64,000 nt of DNA, taken from positions 1,152,001-1,216,000 of the forward strand of contig OZ241917.1 in the NCBI GenBank assembly GCA_965203805.1, in the 5' to 3' direction. A program made the position numbers and the translations under genes. Shown in pieces: positions 1 through 10,122 of this stretch. Below the pieces are notes generated by a model that was not told the DNA's origin, did not search any database, and saw only the letters and a program-made list of their open reading frames with translations. Position 1 is the stretch's first letter. Every line of letters starts with the position of its first letter. Source of the stretch: Candidatus Latescibacterota bacterium (GTDB lineage Bacteria; Latescibacterota; UBA2968; GCA-2709665).

Positions 1-1
1 A

Positions 2-523
2 CTCAATAAATATCAGAAGCGAGCCTTCAGAATCGGGGAAGCGCGCGTCAACGGCGAAAATATCGGAACGCTGATAGACCTCTCCCTCAGCCCCCATCCG
101 GAAGATCGCGAAACCGCCGCCAGATTCCTGTGCCCCTGCCACGTCCGCCGCCGCAGGGAGGACGTCTGGCAGGCGCTTTACCGGATGCTCGAAGACCCCG
201 ACCGTCGTGTGCGCAAGGCCGCGTGGCACACCCTGGAAGACGGCGGGAGACCGGACGACCCCGTTCTGGATACCCTATTCGAACGTGCGGCGCAGGAAGA
301 TCCCGAAAGGGGCATTCGCCGGCAGGCGGCCGCCTATCTGAAGGCACGACGGGGACCCGGGCACGCCGCACTTCAGGCGGATGCTGAAGCCGGTTACCGA
401 ATACGCGGCAAGTGCGACTTCTGCGGCTCAACGGATGTATTCGTAAGAACAGACATTGAAACCGAAATCCCTGACAACGGACGGATGCGCTTCAGTCTCG
501 TGTGCGAGGCGTGCGCCAACTGA
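2..523 (+). CDS. HEAT-repeat protein with CPCH motif and C-terminal CxxC..CxxC zinc ribbon (5' partial)
   Basis: The frame of ORF 185..523 stays open to the window start (LNKYQKRAF...RETAARFLCPCHVRRR..VWQALYRMLEDPDRRVRKAAWHTL). LEDPDxxVRxAA is HEAT-like; CDFC...CEAC lies at the C-terminus. Confidence 0.65.
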   Translation, partial: LNKYQKRAFRIGEARVNGENIGTLIDLSLSPHPEDRETAARFLCPCHVRRRREDVWQALYRMLEDPDRRVRKAAWHTLEDGGRPDDPVLDTLFERAAQEDPERGIRRQAAAYLKARRGPGHAALQADAEAGYRIRGKCDFCGSTDVFVRTDIETEIPDNGRMRFSLVCEACAN

Positions 524-551
524 GCCCGGCGTCCGGAGCGGAGGACGAAAC

Positions 552-1343
552 ATGCAGATCATTGTCCGAAACGAAGGCGAACTCAAGGACCGCTGGAACA
601 GACTTCAGAACTTTCTCTTCGACCCTGAGTACTTCCGGTTTGACATGGAGTTTCCCCCCGCGGAAGAGATCGTGGACATTCTCCGAAAGGACAGTCAGGC
701 GCGAATCAACATTCCCGGCGACCTTCCGGAAGACGAAGAAAATGAGAAGCGTGAGGAATTCAAAACGCTGCCCATCGCCGACGTCATCGACCGCCCCTTC
801 TCACTGGCCCACTTTCACCTTCAGAACTTCTACGGCGAGGGTCAGTTCCTGCGGGACTTCCAGAAGAAGGTGATGATTCCGTGGCGCACGTTTCTTGCGT
901 CGAGTGGATTCACCTGGCAAAGATGCTATCCCATCATTTTCATTTCCGGGAAGCATTGCAGTTCTTCCTTCCACATGGATACGTCGCACGTCGTCGCGTG
1001 GCAGGTATGGGGGACAAAATACTTCAATGCGTTCAAAGATCCCTACAAATATGCGCCCCTGTATGACGCCGTCAACAACCGCGAGTCACTCAGAGGGCCC
1101 GACGGGCCGCCTGAACACGATCCCGGTGACGTTCTTTCCTACAAAATGGAAAAGGGCGACCTGCTCTGGAACCAGCTTCTCACCCCCCACTGGGTACCCG
1201 CAGGAGACAGCGTTGCCGTGAGCGTCAACATCTCGCACGGCGGCATCGCCTGCGGCGGGCGGTTCAGCCCCAACGAAACGGCACTGAGAGAACGCTGGAA
1301 GACCCATCCCGGGGAAGCCTGGCTTGTGGATACCCGGTACTGA
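552..1343 (+). CDS. JmjC/cupin-like Fe(II)/2-oxoglutarate oxygenase family protein
   Basis: FHMD..H..WQVWGTK and distal TPHWV give the HxD...H triad; GGAGG RBS before ATG 552. Confidence 0.7.
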   Translation: MQIIVRNEGELKDRWNRLQNFLFDPEYFRFDMEFPPAEEIVDILRKDSQARINIPGDLPEDEENEKREEFKTLPIADVIDRPFSLAHFHLQNFYGEGQFLRDFQKKVMIPWRTFLASSGFTWQRCYPIIFISGKHCSSSFHMDTSHVVAWQVWGTKYFNAFKDPYKYAPLYDAVNNRESLRGPDGPPEHDPGDVLSYKMEKGDLLWNQLLTPHWVPAGDSVAVSVNISHGGIACGGRFSPNETALRERWKTHPGEAWLVDTRY

Positions 1344-1490
1344 CAACGCATGCTTTCTGAATGCGCGTCGCCGCGACCCGATCGCTGATTGACGACTACC
1401 CGTTCACACGGAACCGCGGCCGGTTTACAATCTCAGCGCGAAACACAAAGCCCTGGCGGAAGTCGAATTTCGCTTCATTGTCAAATCCAT

Positions 1491-2321
1491 ATGGCATACG
1501 TAAGACAAGACGCCCATCGGGTTTCAGGATGGCGTCTGCACGTTCGGAAAATCATTTTTGCATCGGAGACTCGCGCGGCCAAGCGTTTTGGTCTTCTGCT
1601 CATTGCAAGCATCGTTCTGAGTGTCCTGACCGTAATGCTGGACAGTATCGATACGGTCAGGGCGACCCACGGCGAACTGCTGTACGGCTTCGAATGGTTT
1701 TTTACGCTGATCTTCACCCTCGAATACCTCATGCGGTTGATCTGCGTCGGCCGTCCATTGAAATATGCAACATCCTTCTTCGGTGTCGTTGACCTGCTTG
1801 CAATTATCCCGACTTACATCAGTCTTCTCCTGCCGGGCAGCCAATATCTCGTGGTCATCCGCATCCTCCGCGTCCTGCGCGTATTTCGCGTCCTTAAACT
1901 CGTACAGTACCTGGAAGCCGCCCAGATGATGGTCCGGGCGGTCCGTTCAAGCTATCGAAAAGTGGCGGTTTTCGCGGTAACCGTGATGACGGCAGTCGTT
2001 ATCCTTGGCTCTCTGATGTACGTAATTGAAGCCCCGGAAAACGGCTTCACCAGCATCCCGCGCAGCATCTACTGGGCCGTTGTCACCCTCACGACCGTCG
2101 GATACGGCGATATTTCGCCCAAAACCGCACCGGGCCAGATCCTTGCGGCCATTATAATGTTACTCGGCTACAGCATCATTGCCGTGCCTACGGGCATCCT
2201 GTCCGTAGAAATCATGCAGGCTGTGAAAGGTCGGTCCGCCTCACGGTTCTGCCCGGAATGCAACGCCGAAACCCGTGACGCCCATGCGAATTATTGTCCA
2301 ACTTGCGGCGCAAAACTATAG
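1491..2321 (+). CDS. Voltage-gated potassium channel (ion transporter) with C-terminal zinc ribbon
   Basis: TTVGYGD selectivity filter, S4 segment RILRVLRVFRVLK, 6 TM helices, CPEC..CPTC tail. Start uncertain. Confidence 0.9.
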   Translation: MAYVRQDAHRVSGWRLHVRKIIFASETRAAKRFGLLLIASIVLSVLTVMLDSIDTVRATHGELLYGFEWFFTLIFTLEYLMRLICVGRPLKYATSFFGVVDLLAIIPTYISLLLPGSQYLVVIRILRVLRVFRVLKLVQYLEAAQMMVRAVRSSYRKVAVFAVTVMTAVVILGSLMYVIEAPENGFTSIPRSIYWAVVTLTTVGYGDISPKTAPGQILAAIIMLLGYSIIAVPTGILSVEIMQAVKGRSASRFCPECNAETRDAHANYCPTCGAKL

Positions 2322-3294
2322 GCTGCTGGCCGTGTTCGTCGCGGCGGGGCTGGCGGTCGTCTTCTTTCGGCCGGCTTCCGGGACGACGGAACAGCGGGCG
2401 GCTGAACTGTGCGCCGGCGCCGAAGCAGCAATCAGGTACGGGGATGACGAATCGGCGATCGTGACCTTCAGGGAAGCCGTGGGCATACACGCCGAATCGG
2501 TTTGCGCGCGGCTCGGGCTTGGGGTCCTTCTTGCCGGGCGGCGGAGATTCGACGAAGCTACCGAAATCCTGAAAGCGATTTCACCCGCTCTGCTCAGTCC
2601 GCCGGAATGGATTGAATACGCGCGCGCCCTTAGAGACGCACGCGCCGACAGCGAGGCCGAGTCTGCATACCTTACGGCCTCCGCAAGAATGCCGAAGAAC
2701 CCCCGTCCCGCCCTGGAACTGGCCGAATTCCACCTCGCGGCGGGAAAACTCGACAACGCGGAATCCCAGTTCCGGCGCGCAGGGTCTCTGGGCGGCGATC
2801 GGGGCGCAATTTACGCCGGCCTGGGGCGGGTCTTCTTCAGCCGCGGTCAACTCGACTCGGCCGCGGTCTGCTTCCGGCTTGCGCTTCGCGAAGATCCGGC
2901 AGACGTCGACCTGCTCTGCGACACCGCCCGGAACGAACTCCGGCGGAAGCGGCCGCGCGACGGGTTGCGCCACGTCCGCCGGGCCGTTGCACTGGATCCA
3001 TACAGGCCTCGCGCCCGGTACCTGCTGGGACGGGCGCTGCTCGCGCTCGGGCACGAAAAGGAAGCCCGGACTCAACTGACCATCTTCGACCGCCAGAACA
3101 GGCTGGCCGATCGCATACGCGTAATGGAACATCGCGTTGCGGAGAACCCGACGGCGGAAGCCTATCAGGCGCTGTCTCACCTTTACAGTCTGACGGGACG
3201 GGACAACCTGGCGTCGTTGTGCCTGCAGCGGGCCACCGCGCTGAACCCGCTGGTAACCGCGCCGCACGAGGCCCAGGGCGCCGTCCGCTTCTGA
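2284..3294 (+). CDS. Tetratricopeptide repeat protein with N-terminal membrane anchor/signal
   Basis: Repeated A..LG..Y/A..P helical TPR patterns; hydrophobic N-terminus. Confidence 0.75.
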   Translation: MRIIVQLAAQNYRLLAVFVAAGLAVVFFRPASGTTEQRAAELCAGAEAAIRYGDDESAIVTFREAVGIHAESVCARLGLGVLLAGRRRFDEATEILKAISPALLSPPEWIEYARALRDARADSEAESAYLTASARMPKNPRPALELAEFHLAAGKLDNAESQFRRAGSLGGDRGAIYAGLGRVFFSRGQLDSAAVCFRLALREDPADVDLLCDTARNELRRKRPRDGLRHVRRAVALDPYRPRARYLLGRALLALGHEKEARTQLTIFDRQNRLADRIRVMEHRVAENPTAEAYQALSHLYSLTGRDNLASLCLQRATALNPLVTAPHEAQGAVRF

Positions 3295-3309
3295 CTTCGT
3301 CGTTTAGCG

Positions 3310-3341
3310 AAAAGGCGTCCCTCGGGCCGGCGCCTTCTTTC
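3310..3341 (+). terminator. Probable intrinsic terminator
   Basis: AAAAGGCGTCC-CTCG-GGCCGGCGCCTTCTTT imperfect hairpin with a T-rich tail just after the TPR gene. Confidence 0.45.
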
Positions 3342-3393
3342 ACCGCGCCGGACGTCGGACAACCTGTGCCGCGTTCGAGAAAACGTCCATCTC

Positions 3394-5403
3394 ATGTCAA
3401 TGCCATCGCCGAAATCGAGAGATTCCCGGGTCGATACCGCCTCCGGATCGGACGCAGTGAAAAATCGCGGCGTGACCGTGAGGGCCATTGTCTACGGGCT
3501 CCTGCTTTCCGTGGCCATCGGGATTCTGGGCGACACGGTGCGTTATGTCCTCCACGCGTCGTTCATGGCGTACAGCCATATGCCCATGGGCAACCTGATC
3601 CTCACGCTGGTCTCGATCATCGTCTGCTCGCTGCTGGCCTACAGGTTCGGCCGGCGCTTTGTCTTCTCCTCTTCGGAATGGATCACCATCTTCTGCATGG
3701 GGTTCATCAGCTCTCTGGGGCCTACCTACGGGATCAGCGGCTACCTCGTGGGTATCATGGTGGCGCCGCACTATTTCGTGACCCTGGAGAACGAGTGGGT
3801 AAGGTACCTTCATCCCTATCTTCCCGGATGGCTGATACCGGAAAACGAAGGCAATGCGATGGCCTGGTTCTACGAGGGCCTGCCACAGGGCGCATCGATA
3901 CCCTGGGGCGTCTGGGCCGTGCCTCTTTTCTGGTGGTTCACTTTTCTCTGCGCGGTCGCCCTCGCCGTCGCCTGCCTTTCCATCATCTTCCGCAAGCAGT
4001 GGTCCGAATACGAACGGCTCGTCTTTCCGGCGATGGAACCCATCATAGAATTCACAACACAGGCTGGAACGGGAAAACGCCGGTTGCCGGAATTCATGAA
4101 GGGTAAGGCGTTCTGGGCCGGGTTTATGCTCACCACGTTCGTTTTCGGCTGGAACATGATTGCATGGTTCTATCCCCAGTTTCCCCGTTTTCCCACGGCT
4201 TCCGCCCGGTGGGTCTTTTTTTCGCGTGACTATCCGCCCGGCTTTTTCTTTCTGAGCGCCGTTGTCATCTGTTTTTCTTACTTCGCCAGCCTCGAGATTC
4301 TCTTCAGCCTCTGGTTTTTCGACGTCCTGTTCATTCTCGAGGGCGGCATCCTCAATGAACTCGGCGTATCGGCGATTTCGCCCTACTACGGCAGAGGTCG
4401 ATATATCTGGCAAACGGCCGGGGGATTCACGGCCTTCGCCCTCTGGGGGATCTGGGTCGCGAGACACCACCTGCGGGACGTCTTTGCGAAAGCGCTGAAT
4501 CCGAGCCGGCCCACCCCGGACGACAGCACCGAACTGCTTTCCTGCCGGGCTGCCGTGCTGGGGCTTGTTGTCGGCTGTCTTTACATGGCGCTCTGGCTCG
4601 CGTGGATCGGGATGCAGGTGAAAGTGATTGTCCTTCTCATCCTTTGCATGCTCATCGTCTACACCACCGTTTCAAAGATGCTGGCGGACTCCGGCATCAT
4701 CTACCTGAACCCTCCCACGTCGGCGTGGGGGCTCCTGAGCCGGTTTCTGGGCGGTTCACACACCTTTACCGCGTCGACCAAAATGGCGTTGAGCCTTTCC
4801 TCTCGGGCCGTAAATCACTACCGGGGCCTGTCCATGGGTACGATGGCCCACATCAACCGCCTGGCTGAGTTTCTGCCCGCCGGAAAACGTCGGCTGTTCG
4901 GGGCGATCTGCGGCGCGTTCGTGGTGGGAATGGTTACGTCGACGCTTTATACCGTGTGGCTCGGCTATACCATTGGCGGGTACAATATACAACCCAACTG
5001 GCTGATCATCCACGCGGGCATCCGGCAGATAACCGGCATCGCCAATTCAATCAAGGCCGTCGACAGCCCTATCGAACCGGTCAACTACTGGTTCTTTCTG
5101 GCCGGAGCCGCCGTCATGGCAATTCTGAATCTGATGAGGTACCGATTCGTCTGGTGGCCGCTGCATCCGATCGGGTTCGCGCTGTCCGGCACCGCGCTTT
5201 CGAGGCTGACCAGCGCGACCATATTCGTGGCGTGGCTGGTCAAACTGACGATGCTCAAGCTCGCGGGCGCCGCCTTTTACCGTAAGTCCAGACCCTTCTT
5301 CATCGGCATGCTGGTGGGTTATATTCTCTCCGTCGCCGCCGGCGTTGTCGTGGACGCCATCTGGTTCCAGCCGGATGGCCACGTGGTACACAAGTGGTAT
5401 TAA
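3394..5403 (+). CDS. Polytopic membrane protein, DUF6785/DUF6784-like (putative peptide transporter)
   Basis: 669 aa with many TM helices; motifs W...ERL.FP and C-terminal WWPLHPIGF...PFFIG recalled for this family. Confidence 0.7.
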   Translation: MSMPSPKSRDSRVDTASGSDAVKNRGVTVRAIVYGLLLSVAIGILGDTVRYVLHASFMAYSHMPMGNLILTLVSIIVCSLLAYRFGRRFVFSSSEWITIFCMGFISSLGPTYGISGYLVGIMVAPHYFVTLENEWVRYLHPYLPGWLIPENEGNAMAWFYEGLPQGASIPWGVWAVPLFWWFTFLCAVALAVACLSIIFRKQWSEYERLVFPAMEPIIEFTTQAGTGKRRLPEFMKGKAFWAGFMLTTFVFGWNMIAWFYPQFPRFPTASARWVFFSRDYPPGFFFLSAVVICFSYFASLEILFSLWFFDVLFILEGGILNELGVSAISPYYGRGRYIWQTAGGFTAFALWGIWVARHHLRDVFAKALNPSRPTPDDSTELLSCRAAVLGLVVGCLYMALWLAWIGMQVKVIVLLILCMLIVYTTVSKMLADSGIIYLNPPTSAWGLLSRFLGGSHTFTASTKMALSLSSRAVNHYRGLSMGTMAHINRLAEFLPAGKRRLFGAICGAFVVGMVTSTLYTVWLGYTIGGYNIQPNWLIIHAGIRQITGIANSIKAVDSPIEPVNYWFFLAGAAVMAILNLMRYRFVWWPLHPIGFALSGTALSRLTSATIFVAWLVKLTMLKLAGAAFYRKSRPFFIGMLVGYILSVAAGVVVDAIWFQPDGHVVHKWY

Positions 5404-5491
5404 CGTACATGCCGGGAGCGGCGGCCTTGATCTGAAAGCCGAATCCGGGGCGGCACGCTGCCGAAATCCTTCGCCTGATGCAGGTGTCTTC

Positions 5492-8400
5492 GTGAAAACA
5501 AACAACGTCACGCTCGGTCTGTGCATCCTGATCGCCTTTCTCCTGTTGACCCTGGTCTCACCGCAGGCGATCACCGACCGCCTGTTCCAATGGTTCGATA
5601 TCCGCTATCCGGAACCTCCGCCCGTCAGGGTAGCCTCCGGGCAGCAGGAACTGGCCGACACCATCACAGACTGGATAACGCCCGCGGAAGTCGAGTCGCG
5701 CCTGCGCCGGCTGGCCGAATCGGGTTCGAGGGTGGTGGGCTATCCGGGCCACGCCGCCGCATCACGATACATCCAGGCAGAGTTCGAGCGTATGGGCCTG
5801 GAGAACGTCTCCATCGAAAGCTACGACGTCACATCGCCCGTGGACAAGGGCGGCGGACTGCGCATCATCGGCGAGCCTGGCGTGATACCCATTCATGCGG
5901 TCTGGCCCAACCTCGTCCGCACGTCCACGCTGCCGCGCGCGGGCCTGCGAGCCCCGCTGATCGACGGCGGCGCCGGAGAATTCGCGGATTTCAACGGCAA
6001 GGAACCCGGCGGTAGCGTCGTGCTGATGGATTTCAACTCCTGGAACCGCTGGATGAACGCCTCGATGCTGGGCGCACGGGCAATTGTCTTCGTCGCGCCG
6101 GATTCCACCACAACGGCTGAAGCAGAGCAGAAGTTCTTCCAGGTTCCACTCAACGCGCCCCGGTTCTGGATCGGAAGGTCCGAAGGGGAACGCCTCCGAA
6201 GGCGCCTGGCCGCCGGCGAGCGGATCGACGTGGAACTGAAGGCGCGAATGGACTGGGAAAGGCACTCCGCAGACAACATTATCGGCTGGATAACAGGTAC
6301 GGACCCGCAGCTTCGGGAACGCGTGGTACTCATCGACGCCTATTACGACGCGATGTCGGTGGTACCCGCGCTCGCCCCCGGCGCCGAACAGGCATCCGGC
6401 ATCGTGGGCCTTCTGGAAATGGCCGAGTACTTCAAGGCGCATCCGCCCGCCCACACCATCCTCTTCCTCGCGACGTCGGCGCACCATCTCGGTTTTCGCG
6501 GCGTCTGCGACTTTCTGGGAAGACATGCCAGAAAAGAGGAACACTTCGCCGAGCTGATGACGGATCCCATCGATATCCGGCTCTGGATCTCGCTGGATCT
6601 CACCTCGCAGACCGACCAGATGGCGGTCTGGAACGGCTCCACGGCGTTCTATTTCCAGCGTTTCTTCACGCCCCTTGGCAAACGCTTCAGCGGCCTTGGC
6701 GCGGACCTGGCGCCGGCATTCGGCATGGACGCAAAGGGGTCGCTTGTCGACGGCATCAACCCTCCATCGGGCATGAGTTGGCGGATGTTCATTCCGGGCG
6801 GCAATCTGAAGACCGACTCGCAGGTGGTACTCACCGCGGGAATGCCGACCCTGGCTTTCGTGACTATAAACGACGCACGATTCAGGGTGGATACACCCCA
6901 CGACACGGTAGACCATGTCAATCTGACCCAACTGACGAATCAAATCAGGCTGCTTGCGGCGGTACTCAGCAAAGCCCTGAATGAACCCGATTTCCTGCCC
7001 GACTACCGTGTGAAGATGAAGGACAGGATGCGGGCCCTGAAGGGGCGCCTGCTTACGTACCCGCGGCGCAGCATCACCCCGGACCGGCCGCGCAAAGGCG
7101 CGGTGGCGGTATTGCGAATGACTTCCGAAAAAACGGTCAAGGGCGTGCGCGCCATCTTCTACGATCTGGCCGACGAAAACGGAGAGTTCTACGTCCCGGG
7201 TCTCGCCGTACGGTGGGTTGGCCTGGACGCCTATTACCTCGACCCGGAGAGCGGTGAAATCACCTACGCGGCGGATCGGGGTCAGGCAGCGCGGATCTAC
7301 AAGCCCGAATTCGGCATGGACTGGTGGATTACACGCGCCACCCGCATCATGTTTCCCTGTGTGTCGACCGACTTCTATGAAACCGTAGATCCGCGATATC
7401 TCACCAAGCTCCCGAGCCTTTCCCTGTACGGCGACGGAAACACCGCCCCCCGGGAATACGGATATACCCTGGGTTACGGACCCAACGAACCGGTCGGCGT
7501 GGTCTTCACGCCCCCGGGCGTCAAGCTCAAGATCACGATGCAGACGAAGGGGATCGGCATCCGCTACATGCTGCTGAACGCCACCGATACGACCAGCGTG
7601 GAGGCCGCGCGCAAGAGCGGGTTCGTGGCCGCCACCCACGGCGCGATCACCCACACGGCCTATCAGGCCGCCAAAGACATGTGGGTCCTCGACCACGCCA
7701 GGATGCGCGAGCTCAACGAATACGGAATCGAAAACGACCGGCTTTCCGATCTGCACAACCGGGCGGCGGCACATCTGGCGCGCGCGGACTCGGCCCGGCA
7801 GCAATTGCGGTGGGACGAATTCATCAGGCATTCGCGCGCGGCGCTCGGCCTGGAGTCGCGCGCCTATCCGGACGTGAAGGGGACGCAGAACGACGTGATC
7901 CGCGGCATCATCTTTTTCATGGCGCTGGTTCTGCCCTGTGCCTTTTTCGGTGAACGGCTGATTTTCACCGCGGTGGACATCCGTTGGCAGATAGTGGGCT
8001 TCGCCGGAATATTCGTGGTTATCTGGGTCTTTCTGTCCATCGTTCATCCCGCATTCGACCTTTCCAATCCTTTTGTCATCCTCCTGGCCTTTGTGCTCCT
8101 CGCGCTCGCAAGTTTCGTGATCAGCCTGGTTTTCTCCCGCTTCAACAGTCAGATGCGCAACCTGCGCACCGAGGCCGCTGTCATCCACGACGTGGACGTG
8201 GGACGGATTTCCGCCTCGCTGGCGGCCTTTCAACTGGGCATCGCCAATATGAAGCGGCGCAAACTCAGAACGGCGCTCACCTTTACCACGCTCGTCCTGC
8301 TTACCTTCACCGTGTTGTCCTTCTCTTCGATCAAGTCCCAGCTCAAGTTTCACCAGATTTCACGGGACAATCTGGGCCCGTATCCGGGAATGCTCATCCG

Positions 8401-10030
8401 GAGCAAGTACTGGGCGCCCCTTGAGGAATCGGTACTTGACTATGTAAACGCCAACTTCGGCCGGGAAGCCGTTGTGGCGGCGCGCAGCTGGTACGCCTCC
8501 AAGGAGAAAAAGGCCATCCAGGTCGTATCGGACAGCGCGTCGGCCAACGCGCTCGGCATTGTGGGGTTGACCGCACAGGAAACCGACGTGATCGGGATTC
8601 AGGACTGTCTGGCGGCCGGTCGGTGGTTCCTCCCGGGCGAGCGGAACGTCGCCGTTTTGCCCCAGGCGATGGCCGACCTTCTGAAGATCGGCGAAGCCGA
8701 TATCGGACAGGCGGAGGTCCGGCTCTTCGGCGAACGATTCAAGGTGGTGGGACTGATCGACGCCGAGCGCATGAAAGACCTCGAAGACCTCGACGGAGAG
8801 CCCCTTACGCCCGCGGATTTCGTGCTGACCGATGAGAACGTGTTCATGCAGATGGCGCAACAGGAGAAACGCGAAAAAGCCGGCCTGGAAGAGACCGACG
8901 TCGAGATCATGGAATTCGAACACCTCGACCCGGCCAATGTCATGGTGGTACCCTACCAGGCGCTCAGGGAAGTCAACAGCCCGCTCCAGGCCATCGCCGT
9001 GAGGTTCCGGGACCCGTCGGTGGTCAGGCAGCGGGTGGAAAGCTTTATCTCGCGGCTCTCCGTCGTCCTCTTTGCGGGGGTCCCGGAAATCTCTCCCGAC
9101 GGAAAGATCGGACGCATTGCCGTTTCCGTGTACTCCTCTTTCGGACGGGCGTCGGCGCAAGGCCTGAGCAACCTGTTTATTCCCATCGCCATCGCCGCCC
9201 TGATCGTATTGAACACGATGATGGGGTCGGTTTACGAACGATTCCGTGAAATCGGCATCTATTCCTCGGTCGGCCTGGCGCCGGTGCACATCGCCTTCCT
9301 GTTCCTGGCCGAGTCCTGCGTTTACGCGGTGCTTGGCGCGGTCTCGGGTTATCTGCTTGCCCAGGGTGTCTCCAAAATCGTGCTCTGGCAGGGGCTTCTG
9401 GAGGGCATCACCGTGAATTACTCCTCCATCTCCGCCATGGCCTCCTCCACGCTCGTGATGCTCGTGGTGATCCTCTCCACCATCTACCCCGCCCGCCGGG
9501 CTTCGCAGCTGGCGGTTCCGGATATCACCCGGCGCTGGAAACTTCCGGATCCGGAAGCGGACCGGTGGGATTTTGAATTCCCGTTCACCATATCCGGCAA
9601 CGAAGTCCTGGGTCTGTTTACGTTTCTCACCAGGTATTTCGACTTTCATACGGAAAGCTCGATGGGCACGTTCTTCACGCATGGCGCCAACCTGTCCGCG
9701 TACGACACGACCCGGGGCCGCGGGTACCGGATCGACACGACCATCTGGCTCGCGCCCTTCGACCTCGGGGTCAGCCAGACCATCCGCCTGGCGTCCGCCC
9801 CCGCGGGCACCTTCGACATCCACACGCTTGAGATCACCATAGACCGGCTGTCCGGCGACCTCGCGTCGTGGAAGCGGTGCAACCAGCGCTTCATGAACCA
9901 GATCCGGAAACAGTTTCTCATCTGGCGCACCATCCCGGAAGAAAGCCAGCGTCAATACAGAGACGATGGCGATGAACTGATCGGTGAGGGGCGCACCGCC
10001 GCCCCGGCATCCGGAAGAGAGACCGCCTGA
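5492..10030 (+). CDS. Large membrane protein: PA/M28-peptidase-like ectodomain fused to FtsX/MacB-like permease
   Basis: SRVVGYPG, NIIGWITG, AYYD, APGAEQASG (M28 fold); C-terminal NMKRRKLRT and SVYERFREIGIYSSVGLAP..I..LFLAE (FtsX signature). GTG start at 5492 is likely. Confidence 0.8.
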   Translation: MKTNNVTLGLCILIAFLLLTLVSPQAITDRLFQWFDIRYPEPPPVRVASGQQELADTITDWITPAEVESRLRRLAESGSRVVGYPGHAAASRYIQAEFERMGLENVSIESYDVTSPVDKGGGLRIIGEPGVIPIHAVWPNLVRTSTLPRAGLRAPLIDGGAGEFADFNGKEPGGSVVLMDFNSWNRWMNASMLGARAIVFVAPDSTTTAEAEQKFFQVPLNAPRFWIGRSEGERLRRRLAAGERIDVELKARMDWERHSADNIIGWITGTDPQLRERVVLIDAYYDAMSVVPALAPGAEQASGIVGLLEMAEYFKAHPPAHTILFLATSAHHLGFRGVCDFLGRHARKEEHFAELMTDPIDIRLWISLDLTSQTDQMAVWNGSTAFYFQRFFTPLGKRFSGLGADLAPAFGMDAKGSLVDGINPPSGMSWRMFIPGGNLKTDSQVVLTAGMPTLAFVTINDARFRVDTPHDTVDHVNLTQLTNQIRLLAAVLSKALNEPDFLPDYRVKMKDRMRALKGRLLTYPRRSITPDRPRKGAVAVLRMTSEKTVKGVRAIFYDLADENGEFYVPGLAVRWVGLDAYYLDPESGEITYAADRGQAARIYKPEFGMDWWITRATRIMFPCVSTDFYETVDPRYLTKLPSLSLYGDGNTAPREYGYTLGYGPNEPVGVVFTPPGVKLKITMQTKGIGIRYMLLNATDTTSVEAARKSGFVAATHGAITHTAYQAAKDMWVLDHARMRELNEYGIENDRLSDLHNRAAAHLARADSARQQLRWDEFIRHSRAALGLESRAYPDVKGTQNDVIRGIIFFMALVLPCAFFGERLIFTAVDIRWQIVGFAGIFVVIWVFLSIVHPAFDLSNPFVILLAFVLLALASFVISLVFSRFNSQMRNLRTEAAVIHDVDVGRISASLAAFQLGIANMKRRKLRTALTFTTLVLLTFTVLSFSSIKSQLKFHQISRDNLGPYPGMLIRSKYWAPLEESVLDYVNANFGREAVVAARSWYASKEKKAIQVVSDSASANALGIVGLTAQETDVIGIQDCLAAGRWFLPGERNVAVLPQAMADLLKIGEADIGQAEVRLFGERFKVVGLIDAERMKDLEDLDGEPLTPADFVLTDENVFMQMAQQEKREKAGLEETDVEIMEFEHLDPANVMVVPYQALREVNSPLQAIAVRFRDPSVVRQRVESFISRLSVVLFAGVPEISPDGKIGRIAVSVYSSFGRASAQGLSNLFIPIAIAALIVLNTMMGSVYERFREIGIYSSVGLAPVHIAFLFLAESCVYAVLGAVSGYLLAQGVSKIVLWQGLLEGITVNYSSISAMASSTLVMLVVILSTIYPARRASQLAVPDITRRWKLPDPEADRWDFEFPFTISGNEVLGLFTFLTRYFDFHTESSMGTFFTHGANLSAYDTTRGRGYRIDTTIWLAPFDLGVSQTIRLASAPAGTFDIHTLEITIDRLSGDLASWKRCNQRFMNQIRKQFLIWRTIPEESQRQYRDDGDELIGEGRTAAPASGRETA

Positions 10031-10122
10031 TGCGTACCCCGCCTTCCCTCCCGCGCCCCACGTCCACCGCAACCCCTCGTCCCGCGCGTCGATGCGCGGG
10101 CAGGCGACGAGTGGCGTAGACC

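Noticed and set aside
5762-8353. 863-aa minus-strand ORF (also 8360..10171, 48786..50948, 51132..53063 and similar)
   Set aside because: Antisense shadows of well-supported genes in high-GC DNA; no recognisable motifs.
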